Part shown: positions 9,206 to 19,345 of the stretch, piece by piece
Layout of the letters: each line of letters opens with the position of its first letter
Numbering within the stretch: position 1 is the first letter of the stretch
IMG/VR virus record: IMGVR_UViG_3300027797_000012
Span: 32,001 to 96,000 of that record
DNA: 64,000 nucleotides
Origin: a virus
Direction: 5' to 3' (one strand)
The notes under the pieces: generated by a model
Seen by the model: the letters and a program-made list of their open reading frames with translations, nothing else
Databases searched by the model: none
Told to the model about the DNA's origin: nothing
Translations under genes and position numbers: made by a program

Positions 9206-12031
9206 TTATGCCCACCCTGAAGTTGCTGTTCCTGAAGTACCTGTTGCATTTGATGCGTAGACTGTAAAGTAAGCCCATAAGCCATTCGCACTGTTCATTG
9301 CCTGCGTAAATGATGTTCCTGTTGTATTGCCGCTTGCAGTTGCAGTAACAGTTCCGCCGCTTGATGAAGACTGATATAGAGTCCAATAGTACGTGATTGG
9401 GGCAGTTCCCGTTGCAGATGCCGTCCATGAACAAGTCCAAGAAGGTCCGATTGAGTATGTATTTATCAAAGACGTAGGTGTTGATGGAGCAACGCTCTTT
9501 GTAGTAAACGTAACAGGCGCGGAGCTTACTGGATCAGAGTTACCAGCCGAGTTGCCTGCGTATAAACTTATGTAAAAGGTTCCAGCTTGCGCAAATTCAA
9601 CCGAAGTTCCTGTTGTACTACCACTTGCTGCAACTCCTACAAGATATCTAATTATTTCATAATAATATGTAATTGTTGCGGTGCCGGTTGCAGACGCTGT
9701 CCAAGAGAAAGTTCCACCTACAGGACTTAGATTATTAGATCCAGAAGCGCTTGCTGGTGCACTAGGAACTACTCCGATAATGCTCCCGTTACCAGATGTA
9801 TTAGCACTTCCACTATTGTAGTTAGCGCGAGACGTAGTAACGGTAACAGTTGAAGCCTGGCCAGAACTTAATCCACTAACTGTAAATGGCAGTGTGCTTC
9901 CAGAGATAGTACCAAATGCTACAGAGCCCACGCTGCTGTTAGCGCTAAAGGTGTAATTTGCATCGTAGTTAGTAACAGATCCAGTAAATCCGCCTGAAAC
10001 AGAAGTGTTAGAACCAAACGTAGGTGTAAGTGCAGATCCTGCAAATGGCGTTGCGCTATTAGAAGCAGCTGATGCGCTTGAAGTTCCTTGCGCGTTTGTC
10101 GCGGTGACGGTGTACGTACGGGCATTTCCGTTAGTGTCAGACACAACGATAGGACTGCTAGAACCAGTGTTTGTATTTCCACTAGATGAAGTTACGGTAT
10201 ATCCTGTAATACCACTTCCACCAGTTGCGCCTCCGGTGAACGTTACAGATGTACTTCCAATACCTGCGGTAGCTGTACCGATAGTTGGAGCTTGCGGAAC
10301 AGAAGACGGCGTTGCGCTATTTGATGCACTGCTTGCAGATCCTGTTCCTTGAGCATTCGTTGCGGTGACAGTATAGGTTCGTGGAGTTCCTACTGTATCT
10401 GAAACGTATACAGGACTGCTTCCACCGGTGCCAGTATTTCCACTAGACGATGTAACGGTGTACCCCGTGATTGCACTGCCACCAGTAGCAGGTGCGGTGA
10501 ATGTAACTCCTACGTTAGCGTTACCGGTGTATGACTGTCCGCTTGCAACAGTAGCAGTTCCTATAGTTGGAGCAGCAGGCTTAGTTGTTATTGCTACACT
10601 TGCGCTAGAGCCAGATACCGCAGACCCGTTAGCGTTAGTTGCTGTAACAGTAAACGTGTAGCTACCTGCAGCAAGTGAGCCAACAGTTATAGGAGAAGTT
10701 CCTGATGCAGATCCGCTTGGAGTTCCAGTCGCGGTGTACGTTACTGCTTTTCCACCCGTTCCATTTGCGGTAAAGGCAACGCTTGCTTGTCCGTTATTGT
10801 ACGCGCTTCCACTTCCATTAGTAGCAGTTCCAATGGTAGGAGCTTGAGGTATCGTCGTTGCGGTAATCTGATTTGACGCAGATGAAGCAGAGCTACTTCC
10901 AACGCTGTTTCTTGCTGTAACACTAAATGTATAGTTTGTATTAGAAGCTAAACCTGTAACAGTAAGAGGAGAAGACCCCCCTGTAGCCGTGTAGCCTCCA
11001 GGTGAAGAAGTAACTGTATAGTCAATAATTGAAGCTCCACCGTTTGACGCAGGAGCCGAAAACGTAACAGTTGCAGATCCGTTGTTGTACGCGCGGCTAG
11101 TTCCAACGTCCGTTGCAGTTCCTATCGTAGGAGCCCCAGGAACAGTTGTAGCAGAGTCTGTTGTTATTTGGTTAGACGCGGATGATGCAGCGCCGGTTCC
11201 TACACCGTTCGTTGCGGTGACGGTAAACGTATAGTTTGTTGAAGCAGTAAGTCCTGTTACACTTATAGTTCCGCTTGCTGCCTGAGCAAGAGTTGCAGTG
11301 ATTCCACCCGGTGAAGATGTCGCGGTGTATAGAGTAATTGTCGACCCGTTATTAGCAGGCGCGGTGAAAGCTACGGTTGCAGTTGTTTGCCCGGTCTTTG
11401 TGGCCGTGCCAATCGTAGGAGCTCCCGGAACTGCCACAGGAGTTATCGAGGTAGTCGCAGATGATGCTGCCGAGTCTCCAACTCCGTTTGTTGCAATAAC
11501 TGTAAAGGTGTATGCAGTTCCCGCGGTTAAGCCAGAAACTGTTATGCTCCCGCTCCCCGCTTGCGAAATTGCTCCAGTGATTCCACCAGGACTTGATGTT
11601 GCAGTGTAACTAGTAATAGCATCTCCGCCGTTAGAGTTAGGCGCGGTGAACGGGACAGAAACAGAAGTAGAGCTTGCAATACTTGGAGTTCCTATGGTTG
11701 GAGCTCCTGGAACCGTCGCAGGAACAACGGACGATGAATTGCCAGAGCTGTCCGAATAAACTCCGTACACGGTGTATGTTTGAAGAGTAAAGGTATAGGA
11801 AACTCCGTTTGTAAGTCCGCTGACTGTTACCGGACTAGTTTCACTCGTTCCTGTATTATTTGAGCCAGCGCCACTAGACGTTGCAACGTAGGTAGCTGTA
11901 CTTTTTCCTTTGTAGGCAGGCTCGTTAAAATACACAAGCGCGGAGCCATTACCTCGAGTAACAGAGGTAATAGTTGGAATTCCAGGTTTAAGCCCTGCAG
12001 AGGCGTCAACAGCTTTAGCGCGTGCAGCCAC
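9206..12031 (-). CDS. tandem fibronectin type III repeat protein (virion-surface/adhesin-like)
   Basis: Repeated PGAPTIGTAT...FTAP..NGGS.IT.YT.TSSPG...YTFTVTATN units. Confidence 0.9.
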   Translation of the reverse strand: MAARAKAVDASAGLKPGIPTITSVTRGNGSALVYFNEPAYKGKSTATYVATSSGAGSNNTGTSETSPVTVSGLTNGVSYTFTLQTYTVYGVYSDSSGNSSSVVPATVPGAPTIGTPSIASSTSVSVPFTAPNSNGGDAITSYTATSSPGGITGAISQAGSGSITVSGLTAGTAYTFTVIATNGVGDSAASSATTSITPVAVPGAPTIGTATKTGQTTATVAFTAPANNGSTITLYTATSSPGGITATLAQAASGTISVTGLTASTNYTFTVTATNGVGTGAASSASNQITTDSATTVPGAPTIGTATDVGTSRAYNNGSATVTFSAPASNGGASIIDYTVTSSPGGYTATGGSSPLTVTGLASNTNYTFSVTARNSVGSSSASSASNQITATTIPQAPTIGTATNGSGSAYNNGQASVAFTANGTGGKAVTYTATGTPSGSASGTSPITVGSLAAGSYTFTVTATNANGSAVSGSSASVAITTKPAAPTIGTATVASGQSYTGNANVGVTFTAPATGGSAITGYTVTSSSGNTGTGGSSPVYVSDTVGTPRTYTVTATNAQGTGSASSASNSATPSSVPQAPTIGTATAGIGSTSVTFTGGATGGSGITGYTVTSSSGNTNTGSSSPIVVSDTNGNARTYTVTATNAQGTSSASAASNSATPFAGSALTPTFGSNTSVSGGFTGSVTNYDANYTFSANSSVGSVAFGTISGSTLPFTVSGLSSGQASTVTVTTSRANYNSGSANTSGNGSIIGVVPSAPASASGSNNLSPVGGTFSWTASATGTATITYYYEIIRYLVGVAASGSTTGTSVEFAQAGTFYISLYAGNSAGNSDPVSSAPVTFTTKSVAPSTPTSLINTYSIGPSWTCSWTASATGTAPITYYWTLYQSSSSGGTVTATASGNTTGTSFTQAMNSANGLWAYFTVYASNATGTSGTATSGWA

Positions 12032-12105
12032 AGAGCACCTCCCTACACATCATAACAGTTACCATTACTATCTTATCACTTATTAGACTTAATGATGTAG
12101 GAGGC

Positions 12106-12219
12106 TTATTTACCTGTATCCATATGCTTTTCTTCGCATCCCCGCGCAAGATCTGGGACTACGTAAACCTTGTCGCATATAGCGCATGTCCATCTGGCTA
12201 TGCGCTCGGCATCACTCAT
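12106..12219 (-). CDS. 37-aa Zn-finger-like peptide (not in ORF track)
   Basis: MSDAERIARWTCAICDKVYVVPDLARGCEEKHMDTGK*; CxxC...C...H. Confidence 0.7.
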   Translation of the reverse strand: MSDAERIARWTCAICDKVYVVPDLARGCEEKHMDTGK

Positions 12220-12259
12220 AAAACCATGCACGTTCTTAGGTGTTGGCATTAAGAACTTA

Positions 12260-12556
12260 TTACTTATCGGCTCGCTTGTCCACTGAAGTAAAGGCCGAGT
12301 TTATTTCTGCGGCGGTTAGCTTTCCATCGTCTAAAAAACCACGTGCAAGTCTTTCAACTACAGTTGCAACACCAAGTGTTCCAGCAAGGATTACTGCCTT
12401 AGCTGTGCTGATTCCAACAACTGCGCCTGCGCCAATTACCGATAAGCCTGATGCTGCGAATACAGCAATGATACGAGCAAAGATGTTTCCCATTGCGGTC
12501 ACTGCGCCCGCGCCTACAGTTACAGGTGCGTCTTGCGCTGCCTTGTTTGTTGCCAT
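12260..12556 (-). CDS. membrane protein with C-terminal DDGKL EF-hand-like motif
   Basis: Two hydrophobic helices; GGGAG SD before ATG 12556. Confidence 0.75.
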   Translation of the reverse strand: MATNKAAQDAPVTVGAGAVTAMGNIFARIIAVFAASGLSVIGAGAVVGISTAKAVILAGTLGVATVVERLARGFLDDGKLTAAEINSAFTSVDKRADK

Positions 12557-12622
12557 ATGTAAGTCTCCCAAGAGAGTAGTAGTTGATACCCCTCTCCCAA
12601 GGTGATAGTTAATTCTAACGCA

Positions 12623-12904
12623 TTACGTAGATTTTGACTTTAAGCGCCTACGATAGACGCGACGCTCTTTCTGGGTTGTCCCACCCCAGATTCCCATCTC
12701 GTCGTGGACTACGGCCCACTCAAGACAAGGTTGCTTGTACGGACAGCCTGCGCACATTCTTCGCGCTGCGTTGACGATGTATAGAGATTGACCCTTAGCT
12801 CCTTTTTCTGGAAAGAATATCTCCGGATCTGTAGTCGCACAAGCTGGGACTCCGTGATCTTCAAAGACAGGGTAATTGCTAGATAGTTGTATGTCCAATG
12901 CCAT
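12623..12904 (-). CDS. whiB: WhiB-family transcription factor
   Basis: Four Cys (C..CxxC..C), DPEIFFP, GIWGG. Confidence 0.95.
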   Translation of the reverse strand: MALDIQLSSNYPVFEDHGVPACATTDPEIFFPEKGAKGQSLYIVNAARRMCAGCPYKQPCLEWAVVHDEMGIWGGTTQKERRVYRRRLKSKST

Positions 12905-12949
12905 GGACGGACCATATACAAAATAGGTACTCTTGTAAACTGTAAGTTT

Positions 12950-13255
12950 TTAGTTTACACTTACCTTAACGCCACGCTTGCGCAGCAGCGCGTGACGTTG
13001 CTCTGGAGTCATTCCGCCCCAGACGCCATAGAACTCTGGAACTTTTAGTGCGTGTGATAAGCACTGCTCTATTACAGGACAACCTCGGCATATCTTCTGC
13101 GCTTCTCTTTGTTTCTGGTTTTTCTGTACTCCGCGCTCTCCTGCGTCAAGAAAGAATATCTCTGTATCTGCTTCTTTGCATTTCCCGTCTTCTTGCCATG
13201 CCCACTCATCGTAGACTGGGCGCAGGTTAGCTATTTGCGGGTTTTGCTTTGTCAT
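12950..13255 (-). CDS. whiB: WhiB-family transcription factor
   Basis: WQEDGKC, CRGCPV..QC, GVWGG; leaderless ATG at 13255. Confidence 0.95.
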   Translation of the reverse strand: MTKQNPQIANLRPVYDEWAWQEDGKCKEADTEIFFLDAGERGVQKNQKQREAQKICRGCPVIEQCLSHALKVPEFYGVWGGMTPEQRHALLRKRGVKVSVN

Positions 13256-13290
13256 TTGACAATTGTATAAGGTAAGGGTCAAAAAACGCC

Positions 13291-13470
13291 TTAACCCCCT
13301 GTTGAATAGAACCCGTTTCCTTTGAAGCTTATTGCAGGAAGGCTATAGACTCTCTTAAGACTCTCTGAGCACTCTGGCGCTGTGCACGTCGGATTACCCT
13401 CTGGCTCAGTCATTGGTCGCTCTATGAGGTTCTCATGACCACTAGTGCATACGTATTCGTACGTTGCCAT
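13291..13470 (-). CDS. FmdB-family Zn-ribbon protein (59 aa, not in ORF track)
   Basis: MATYEYVC..GH...C...C...LKRVYS.P..SFKGNGFYST. Confidence 0.85.
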   Translation of the reverse strand: MATYEYVCTSGHENLIERPMTEPEGNPTCTAPECSESLKRVYSLPAISFKGNGFYSTGG

Positions 13471-13472
13471 AG

Positions 13473-15524
13473 CTACTTAAGATTTTCTACAATCAGCTTG
13501 ACCTCGCACGCGTCGGTTGTGCAGTAAGCATCTCCAATTGCGTCTGAAGCCATTCCCGCGTAGACTCCTGTAAAGTCAATAGGGAACAACTTCATTGTTG
13601 AATCCTCGTACTCCTCTGCGGTGATCTGTGTGTAAGGCATCTGTGGGTACGTAAAGTTACCCATAGGCAAGAAGGATACGGTCTTTAATTGTCCGTCATA
13701 CATGTGTAAAACAGTTCCTACGTGCTCGGCTTCCTTTTCAGGATCAAATGACACGGTTACAGATACAGAGTTATCTGACCAGTAACGTTGCGCGGTTGCG
13801 GCGATGGCTGTCTTCTCAAAGATAGATACTTCTTTTTCAGCTCTTCGGGCGTTTGACTTAATAGGGAAGAACACAACCGAAGTAGAGTCTGGTGACTCTG
13901 ATGCAGGCTCAACTCTATAGTTTGCCATCTTGAATAAAGGAAGCATTGGATCTTCGTTTGAGAAACGAATTGCGCGGTTAAAGTATTCTCCGCCTGGTGT
14001 CCAGTGAACTCCAGGTGACTCACCTGCAAGAATTGAAACTGTGCCTGACGGCTTAACGGTTGTCATCTTAATTGACTCGCGAATACCTAACCACTCTGAA
14101 TAAGTATTGTCGTAAGACTTGACAGTTTTATAGCCTTCGTCCATCCAGTCGCGTAATATAGGCAAGCCAACGCGATCAGCGAAGTTAGCAACACCGGACA
14201 TTGACGTGCCAATGCGACGGTTACGCTGCATGATCGCGTTGGTTTCCTCCCAGTGAGTAGGAAGTAGCGTTACGGTCTTAGCGTAAAGGTAAGCAAACTT
14301 CAACGTGCGCTTATAATCTTCAAGCGAATCGTGACGACCTAAGTATGTTTCAACAAGTGTGCAGCACTCATAGCTCTCTAGGCTTTGCTCTGCGCAAGGG
14401 TTATAACCAGCAATTCGCCAATCCTTATTGTTTACTGGATCTGCAAGGCGACCATACTTCTTAGATACATCCATCCAGATTACGCCAGGCTCACCGTTAC
14501 GTGCGATACCTGGAACAATCTTGTTTAGGTTTTGACCTACGCTTGTCTCAACAGAGTTGTTAGACATCCAACCCCAACCAGGAGCAGTTGGATCATAAGA
14601 GTTACGCTCTGGGAATTGTTCTGCATTCTTTAAGTTTAAGAAAGTATCGTCATCTAGGCGACCTATAAGTAACTCTGCCGAGCGTCGAACGTTGCCAGAA
14701 ACAACGCAAACGCCGATAAGGTTTCCAATATCCGCGATGTCAACACGTGTAAGTTTTTCACCAGCTCTGTCCTTAAACAGTTTAGTGATGTAGTTGTGTA
14801 AACGTTCTAGTGGTTCGTGTCCTGCGGCTGTGCCACCAAATGTTTTAATTGGTACGCCTGCCGGGCGGACTTGGCTGTAATCAAAGACTGGAGTCTTCTG
14901 ATCTGCTCGTAGGTAAGCGTTGAGGATGAGCGAGAGTGATTCAACCCAACCTTCTCTTGTGTCTGGGACAACATGTGGTTCCTCTCCTTGCGGTGAATAA
15001 ATTGTAAAGTCTTTGTCTGCGCCTTTATCGTCAAAGCCAACACCAACACCAAGCATTGATGCTTCCATAAGAAACGCGAATGGCTTTGCTGGATTTTGCT
15101 TTGTCATTTCCATAGTTGAAACAAACGCACAGTTTTGCAAAGCAGCTGAGTTCTTTTGTACGTTAACTAAAGGAGTTCCCATAACCCAAAGCCCACGACC
15201 AGGTGGCGTCCACTTTAGATTGAACAGACGGTCAAAGCCTTCCTTAGCTGAAGCCTGTGCCTTTGAATCATTCCACGGTAGTCGCTGACTTTTGCAGTGA
15301 TCTTTTTGAATCGAGTACATGCCGTTAATGACACGCTCGCAAACGTCAGCCCAAGTTTCCTTAGTGCCGTCCTCTTTAAGACGTGAATACGTACGAAGAA
15401 ACGTGATCTCTCCAACAGAGTTTCCTGCTGCATCTGTATAACCAAATGGAGCTTTCTTTCCACGGTATCCTTGTACAAAATCATCACTTAGTCTGAAAGA
15501 GAAAAAACTCACCACAACCCCCAA
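13473..15524 (-). CDS. nrdJ: class II (adenosylcobalamin-dependent) ribonucleotide reductase
   Basis: PPGRGLW, NC, GNVRRSA, NPCAEQ, TVKPSGT, C-terminal CTTDAC. Confidence 0.95.
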   Translation of the reverse strand: MGVVVSFFSFRLSDDFVQGYRGKKAPFGYTDAAGNSVGEITFLRTYSRLKEDGTKETWADVCERVINGMYSIQKDHCKSQRLPWNDSKAQASAKEGFDRLFNLKWTPPGRGLWVMGTPLVNVQKNSAALQNCAFVSTMEMTKQNPAKPFAFLMEASMLGVGVGFDDKGADKDFTIYSPQGEEPHVVPDTREGWVESLSLILNAYLRADQKTPVFDYSQVRPAGVPIKTFGGTAAGHEPLERLHNYITKLFKDRAGEKLTRVDIADIGNLIGVCVVSGNVRRSAELLIGRLDDDTFLNLKNAEQFPERNSYDPTAPGWGWMSNNSVETSVGQNLNKIVPGIARNGEPGVIWMDVSKKYGRLADPVNNKDWRIAGYNPCAEQSLESYECCTLVETYLGRHDSLEDYKRTLKFAYLYAKTVTLLPTHWEETNAIMQRNRRIGTSMSGVANFADRVGLPILRDWMDEGYKTVKSYDNTYSEWLGIRESIKMTTVKPSGTVSILAGESPGVHWTPGGEYFNRAIRFSNEDPMLPLFKMANYRVEPASESPDSTSVVFFPIKSNARRAEKEVSIFEKTAIAATAQRYWSDNSVSVTVSFDPEKEAEHVGTVLHMYDGQLKTVSFLPMGNFTYPQMPYTQITAEEYEDSTMKLFPIDFTGVYAGMASDAIGDAYCTTDACEVKLIVENLK

Positions 15525-15586
15525 AATATATGTTTATTTTACTTAAAAGTAGAAGTCAAATTATACTGACTTTTTGCGCCAACGTG

Positions 15587-15814
15587 TTACTTTTCTAGTG
15601 TTTCAAAGATTTCTTTACATGTCTTACAGACAGGAAACTTCTTCCCGTCTCTTGTTGGAACCCACAGTTTCCCACATAGAGCTACAGCAGGCTTGCCTTC
15701 TACGAAGGCTTCCATCATCTGGTCGCGGTGAACATAATGCGAAAACTTGTCATGTTCCCCGTCACTCGTCCGGACATCTGCTTCAGTATCTAACTCGATA
15801 ATTACGTCACTCAT
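15587..15814 (-). CDS. DUF3039-like actinobacterial protein
   Basis: HDKFSHYV...ALCGKLWVP...PVCKTC. Confidence 0.85.
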   Translation of the reverse strand: MSDVIIELDTEADVRTSDGEHDKFSHYVHRDQMMEAFVEGKPAVALCGKLWVPTRDGKKFPVCKTCKEIFETLEK

Positions 15815-15872
15815 AGACACAATTATACTTAATATAGTATATAGTGTCTACCTATTACCGAAAGGAGAGCCT

Positions 15873-16307
15873 GTGGCTCTGCATAATCATTTATTACTTA
15901 ATGCCAAGGTCAACCAGCCTCCCGTGGATACCGCCGCTGCAATTACCTGGCTAACTGAGCTAGTTGACGCAATTGACATGAAGATCGTTCAAGGTCCTTT
16001 TGCCTCATACATAGAAGCAGAAGGAAACCGCGGATTAACCGCGTCTGTAATGATCGAGACCTCCCACATCGCTTTTCACGTCTGGGATGAAGAGTCACCC
16101 GCGCTTCTACAGTTTGACCTCTACACTTGCTCGACTTTGCCATTCTTAGACGTTCTTAACAAGATCCACGAGTTTATGGATATTCAAGACTACCGATATA
16201 TGATTTTTGAGCGAGAAGAAGAATTCAGAATGCTACACAAGTCTGTGGTAACAAACTACATGCCAGGAGTTACTCCCCCTCCTGGAGCTTTAATAGAACA
16301 ACCTTAA
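15873..16307 (+). CDS. pyruvoyl-dependent S-adenosylmethionine decarboxylase-family proenzyme
   Basis: [13 protein letters not shown] self-cleavage motif, DLYTC; AAGGAG SD before GTG 15873. Confidence 0.85.
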   Translation: MALHNHLLLNAKVNQPPVDTAAAITWLTELVDAIDMKIVQGPFASYIEAEGNRGLTASVMIETSHIAFHVWDEESPALLQFDLYTCSTLPFLDVLNKIHEFMDIQDYRYMIFEREEEFRMLHKSVVTNYMPGVTPPPGALIEQP

Positions 16308-16621
16308 AGGTCTATATACTCTTTCAACCAAGCAAGGATGGCAGGTTTAGGTTTAGCCCCTGTCATTCTTGCTATTTCTTTTCCTTTACTAAATAGTATC
16401 AATGTCGGAATTGAAGAAATAGAATTCCCTAGTGTTATCTTAGAGTTCTCGTCGCTATTCAACTTTGCGGTGATAAAAGCAGACTCGTACTCTGCGGAGA
16501 TCTCTTCTAATATTGGCGCCAGCATGCGACACGGTCCACACCACTCTGCCCAGAAGTCTACAAGTACCGGGAGATCGTTTTCTAACAAGGAGTCGAATGT
16601 TGCAGTTGTTGCCTCGATCAA
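16304..16621 (-). CDS. trxA: thioredoxin
   Basis: [16 protein letters not shown]. Confidence 0.95.
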   Translation of the reverse strand: MIEATTATFDSLLENDLPVLVDFWAEWCGPCRMLAPILEEISAEYESAFITAKLNSDENSKITLGNSISSIPTLILFSKGKEIARMTGAKPKPAILAWLKEYIDL

Positions 16622-16755
16622 TTCTTACGTTCTCCTCGAATAATCTCTAGCGCGATGGTTAACGTTCCCAGCGCGTTCATAAATCCAGGTTTTTCTATCA
16701 TAGGCCTTAACGCAGCCTCTACCTCTTTAGCTATCTCTTCCCTTGATGATTCCAT
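16618..16755 (-). CDS. small hypothetical protein (45 aa, not in ORF track)
   Basis: [16 protein letters not shown]...GERKN*; leaderless -10 box; stop overlaps the trxA start. Confidence 0.55.
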   Translation of the reverse strand: MESSREEIAKEVEAALRPMIEKPGFMNALGTLTIALEIIRGERKN

Positions 16756-16796
16756 AGCTAATAGTATATCAAGCCACTTGCGGTGATAGTTTTACG

Positions 16797-17663
16797 TTAG
16801 AACGTTATGCTTCCGCTTCCGGTCCATTCGTAAATGTAATTTCCACCTGATGATGTTTGAGTTGGTGCACCGGTTGTCGCTGCTGCAAGACCAAAAGATG
16901 TTGGGTATGAAATAATTACAATTCCTGAACCGCCAGCACCGCCAAAGTACGATGGCGTAGTCGTATTAAATGCAAGGCCACCACCTCCTCCGCCGCCGCC
17001 TGTGTTTGCAGTTGCAGCAACGCCATTCGCTCCGCCAGCACTGCCACGACCTCCTCCACCTGCGCCACCAGAAGCGTTAGGGAACTGAGTAGCGCCACCA
17101 CCACCACCACCACCACGAGTAACGCTTGAACCTGTAATAGATGAGGCTAAGCCAGCGCCGCCCGCGCCGCCAGTTGCGCTGCCGTTGCCACCGACTGCGC
17201 CCGCGCCACCACCTCCACCATTGCCACCGTTGTTACCTACATTAAAACTTTGACTTGAACCTCCAGTGTTTCCTTGCGTTGGGCTACTTGTTGCGCCCGT
17301 GTTACCGCCACCATTTGATCCACCCGTTGATGAGCCTGACCCGCCAGCGCCAGGATTTGCTTGTCCGCCTATGCCGCCACCTGTAGAAGTAATTGAACTA
17401 AATACAGAGTTCCCACCCGATAAGGCTTGTCCTGCTGCTGTTGTTCCACCAGCTCCAACAGTTACAGTTTGTTGAACGCCTTTGGCAAGTGAAAGTGATG
17501 AAGTGCGGTATCCACCAGCACCACCACCGCCACCGCATTGAAGAGTACCGATATATTGTCCTGAGTGACCACCACCACCACCGCCTGCAATTACTAGGTA
17601 TTCTACTGTTACTTCTAGGCGTGAGCCTTTACCGTGGGATGCAGTGTTGCCTAAGAGAGTCAT
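16797..17663 (-). CDS. glycine-rich virion-associated protein, paralogue 1
   Basis: VEYLVIAGGGGGG, poly-Gly runs, GGSGIVII.Y, WTGSGSITF. Confidence 0.85.
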   Translation of the reverse strand: MTLLGNTASHGKGSRLEVTVEYLVIAGGGGGGHSGQYIGTLQCGGGGGAGGYRTSSLSLAKGVQQTVTVGAGGTTAAGQALSGGNSVFSSITSTGGGIGGQANPGAGGSGSSTGGSNGGGNTGATSSPTQGNTGGSSQSFNVGNNGGNGGGGGAGAVGGNGSATGGAGGAGLASSITGSSVTRGGGGGGGATQFPNASGGAGGGGRGSAGGANGVAATANTGGGGGGGGLAFNTTTPSYFGGAGGSGIVIISYPTSFGLAAATTGAPTQTSSGGNYIYEWTGSGSITF

Positions 17664-17664
17664 C

Positions 17665-18033
17665 TTAGCCTTCTGTAAGAATTATTTCAACCCAGACTTG
17701 GTTGTCTTCATCCCACGTGTAAGGCTTCTCATCTGTTGGATAAGGAACGGGCGCTTCCCAAAGACAGGTTGTCTCGTTCAATGTCCATGAAGGAAATGGC
17801 TTAGGAGGCACGAACGCGTCTAGTGTTGCGTCATACTTAAAACCGATACCGGCGTAGTGCTTACGAAAAGTAGCGTTATAGGAAGTTTGCTTCCAGTTTG
17901 TGTACCCGCCTGACCAGTCAGTTAGAAACGCAATGCCTGAGGTTTCCTCGGCAGCAGGGTCAAGTACATCGTTATTAACAACGTTGACTTCTAGTACAAC
18001 GTTGCTCTCATCTAGTTTCGCGAAATGTGCCAT
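17665..18033 (-). CDS. conserved phage protein (MAHFAKLD type), partner of Gly-rich genes
   Basis: WKQTSYN, YAGIG..YD...DAF.PPKP..SW. Confidence 0.8.
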   Translation of the reverse strand: MAHFAKLDESNVVLEVNVVNNDVLDPAAEETSGIAFLTDWSGGYTNWKQTSYNATFRKHYAGIGFKYDATLDAFVPPKPFPSWTLNETTCLWEAPVPYPTDEKPYTWDEDNQVWVEIILTEG

Positions 18034-18053
18034 AAGTTAATTGTATCCTGTTC

Positions 18054-18959
18054 TTAGAAAGTGATGCTTCCGTTACCTGTCCATTTGTAATATCTGTACC
18101 CGCCTGAAGTTACTGTGCTAGGTGTCCCTGTAGTAGTAGTTGCAACTGCATAAGAATCGGGATAGCGAATTATTACAATTCCACTACCGCCAGCAGCAGA
18201 TGCAGTTTTTCTTGTGTCAAATCCACCAGCTCCACCGCCACCTCCGCCTGTATTTGCAGTTCCTGCGCCTGTTAGTAATGCAAAACTACCTGTTGTCTCT
18301 CCGCCACCGGTGCCACCGCCACCAGCTCCACCATTACTAACAACCGAAGCAGCAGAAAGATAATAAGTCGTGTAACCGCCGCCGCCGCCACCTGCAAAGT
18401 ACCCACTAGCGCCTGATGAAGTAGCAGTTGCCCATGACGAGTATGCGTTTGTGCCAGCTCCACCAGGGCGTCCTAGCCCTTGCGGTTGATCTCCACTGCC
18501 ACCTACTGCGCCTGCGCCACCACCGCCACCTCCACCTTGATTTCCCATACCGCCGTTGTTTCCTTGCCCAGCAGTGCCAAGTCCAAAACCGTTACCTTGA
18601 ACTGATCCACCACCTGAACCGCCAGTGGCAGGTGTTCCGCCTGATGCACCTGCGCCAGGGCCACCACCAAGCACAAGAGTCGCAGTTCCAACTCTTGAGT
18701 TACTGCCAATAGTTCCCATAGCAGCGCCAGCACCACCAGCACCACCAGCGCCACCGCCGCCAACTGTAATCGCTGTTGTACCTGTTAAAGAAAGAGAGGC
18801 GAAATAAAGTAAGCCACCAGCACCAGCTCCTGCAGCTGAATAATAGTCTGCGTTAGTTGCACCTCCGCCACCGCCACCTGCAACAACTAAAGCCTCAACA
18901 GAAGGAGGAAGCAGACGTGAGCCTTTTCCGTGCGACGAGGTATTTCCTAAAATAGGCAT
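18054..18959 (-). CDS. glycine-rich virion-associated protein, paralogue 2
   Basis: Same N- and C-terminal motifs as paralogues 1 and 3. Confidence 0.85.
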   Translation of the reverse strand: MPILGNTSSHGKGSRLLPPSVEALVVAGGGGGGATNADYYSAAGAGAGGLLYFASLSLTGTTAITVGGGGAGGAGGAGAAMGTIGSNSRVGTATLVLGGGPGAGASGGTPATGGSGGGSVQGNGFGLGTAGQGNNGGMGNQGGGGGGGAGAVGGSGDQPQGLGRPGGAGTNAYSSWATATSSGASGYFAGGGGGGYTTYYLSAASVVSNGGAGGGGTGGGETTGSFALLTGAGTANTGGGGGGAGGFDTRKTASAAGGSGIVIIRYPDSYAVATTTTGTPSTVTSGGYRYYKWTGNGSITF

Positions 18960-18997
18960 AATTTATTCTATTCTAGTTTACGTAAAGTGTCTACAAG

Positions 18998-19345
18998 TTA
19001 CGATCTTCCAAAATCATCTTCATACCTAATGATGTCATCTTCTCCAAGATAGTCACCTGTCTGGATCTCTATAAAGACTAGGTCCATCTCGCCTTCCGCC
19101 CTTACGCGGTGAACTTCTCCAACTCCGATTGAGACGTAGTCTCCTGGGCCAAGGTGAAGTATCTGGTCAAATAGCTCAACCTCCGCGTAGCCTTCGGTGA
19201 TGTACCAGTGCTCCGCGCGGTGTTTGTGTGATTGCTTGCTAAGACGATTACCGCTTTGAACATGTATTCGCTTAACTTGAACACGTTGCTCGGTATGAAG
19301 GATTACGTAGAATCCCCACGGACGAACTTCTATTTGTCTACTCAT
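18998..19345 (-). CDS. cupin, mannose-6-phosphate isomerase type II C-terminal-like
   Basis: RPWG, LS.QSH.HRAEHW, EIQTGDYLGEDDI.RYED. Confidence 0.9.
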   Translation of the reverse strand: MSRQIEVRPWGFYVILHTEQRVQVKRIHVQSGNRLSKQSHKHRAEHWYITEGYAEVELFDQILHLGPGDYVSIGVGEVHRVRAEGEMDLVFIEIQTGDYLGEDDIIRYEDDFGRS

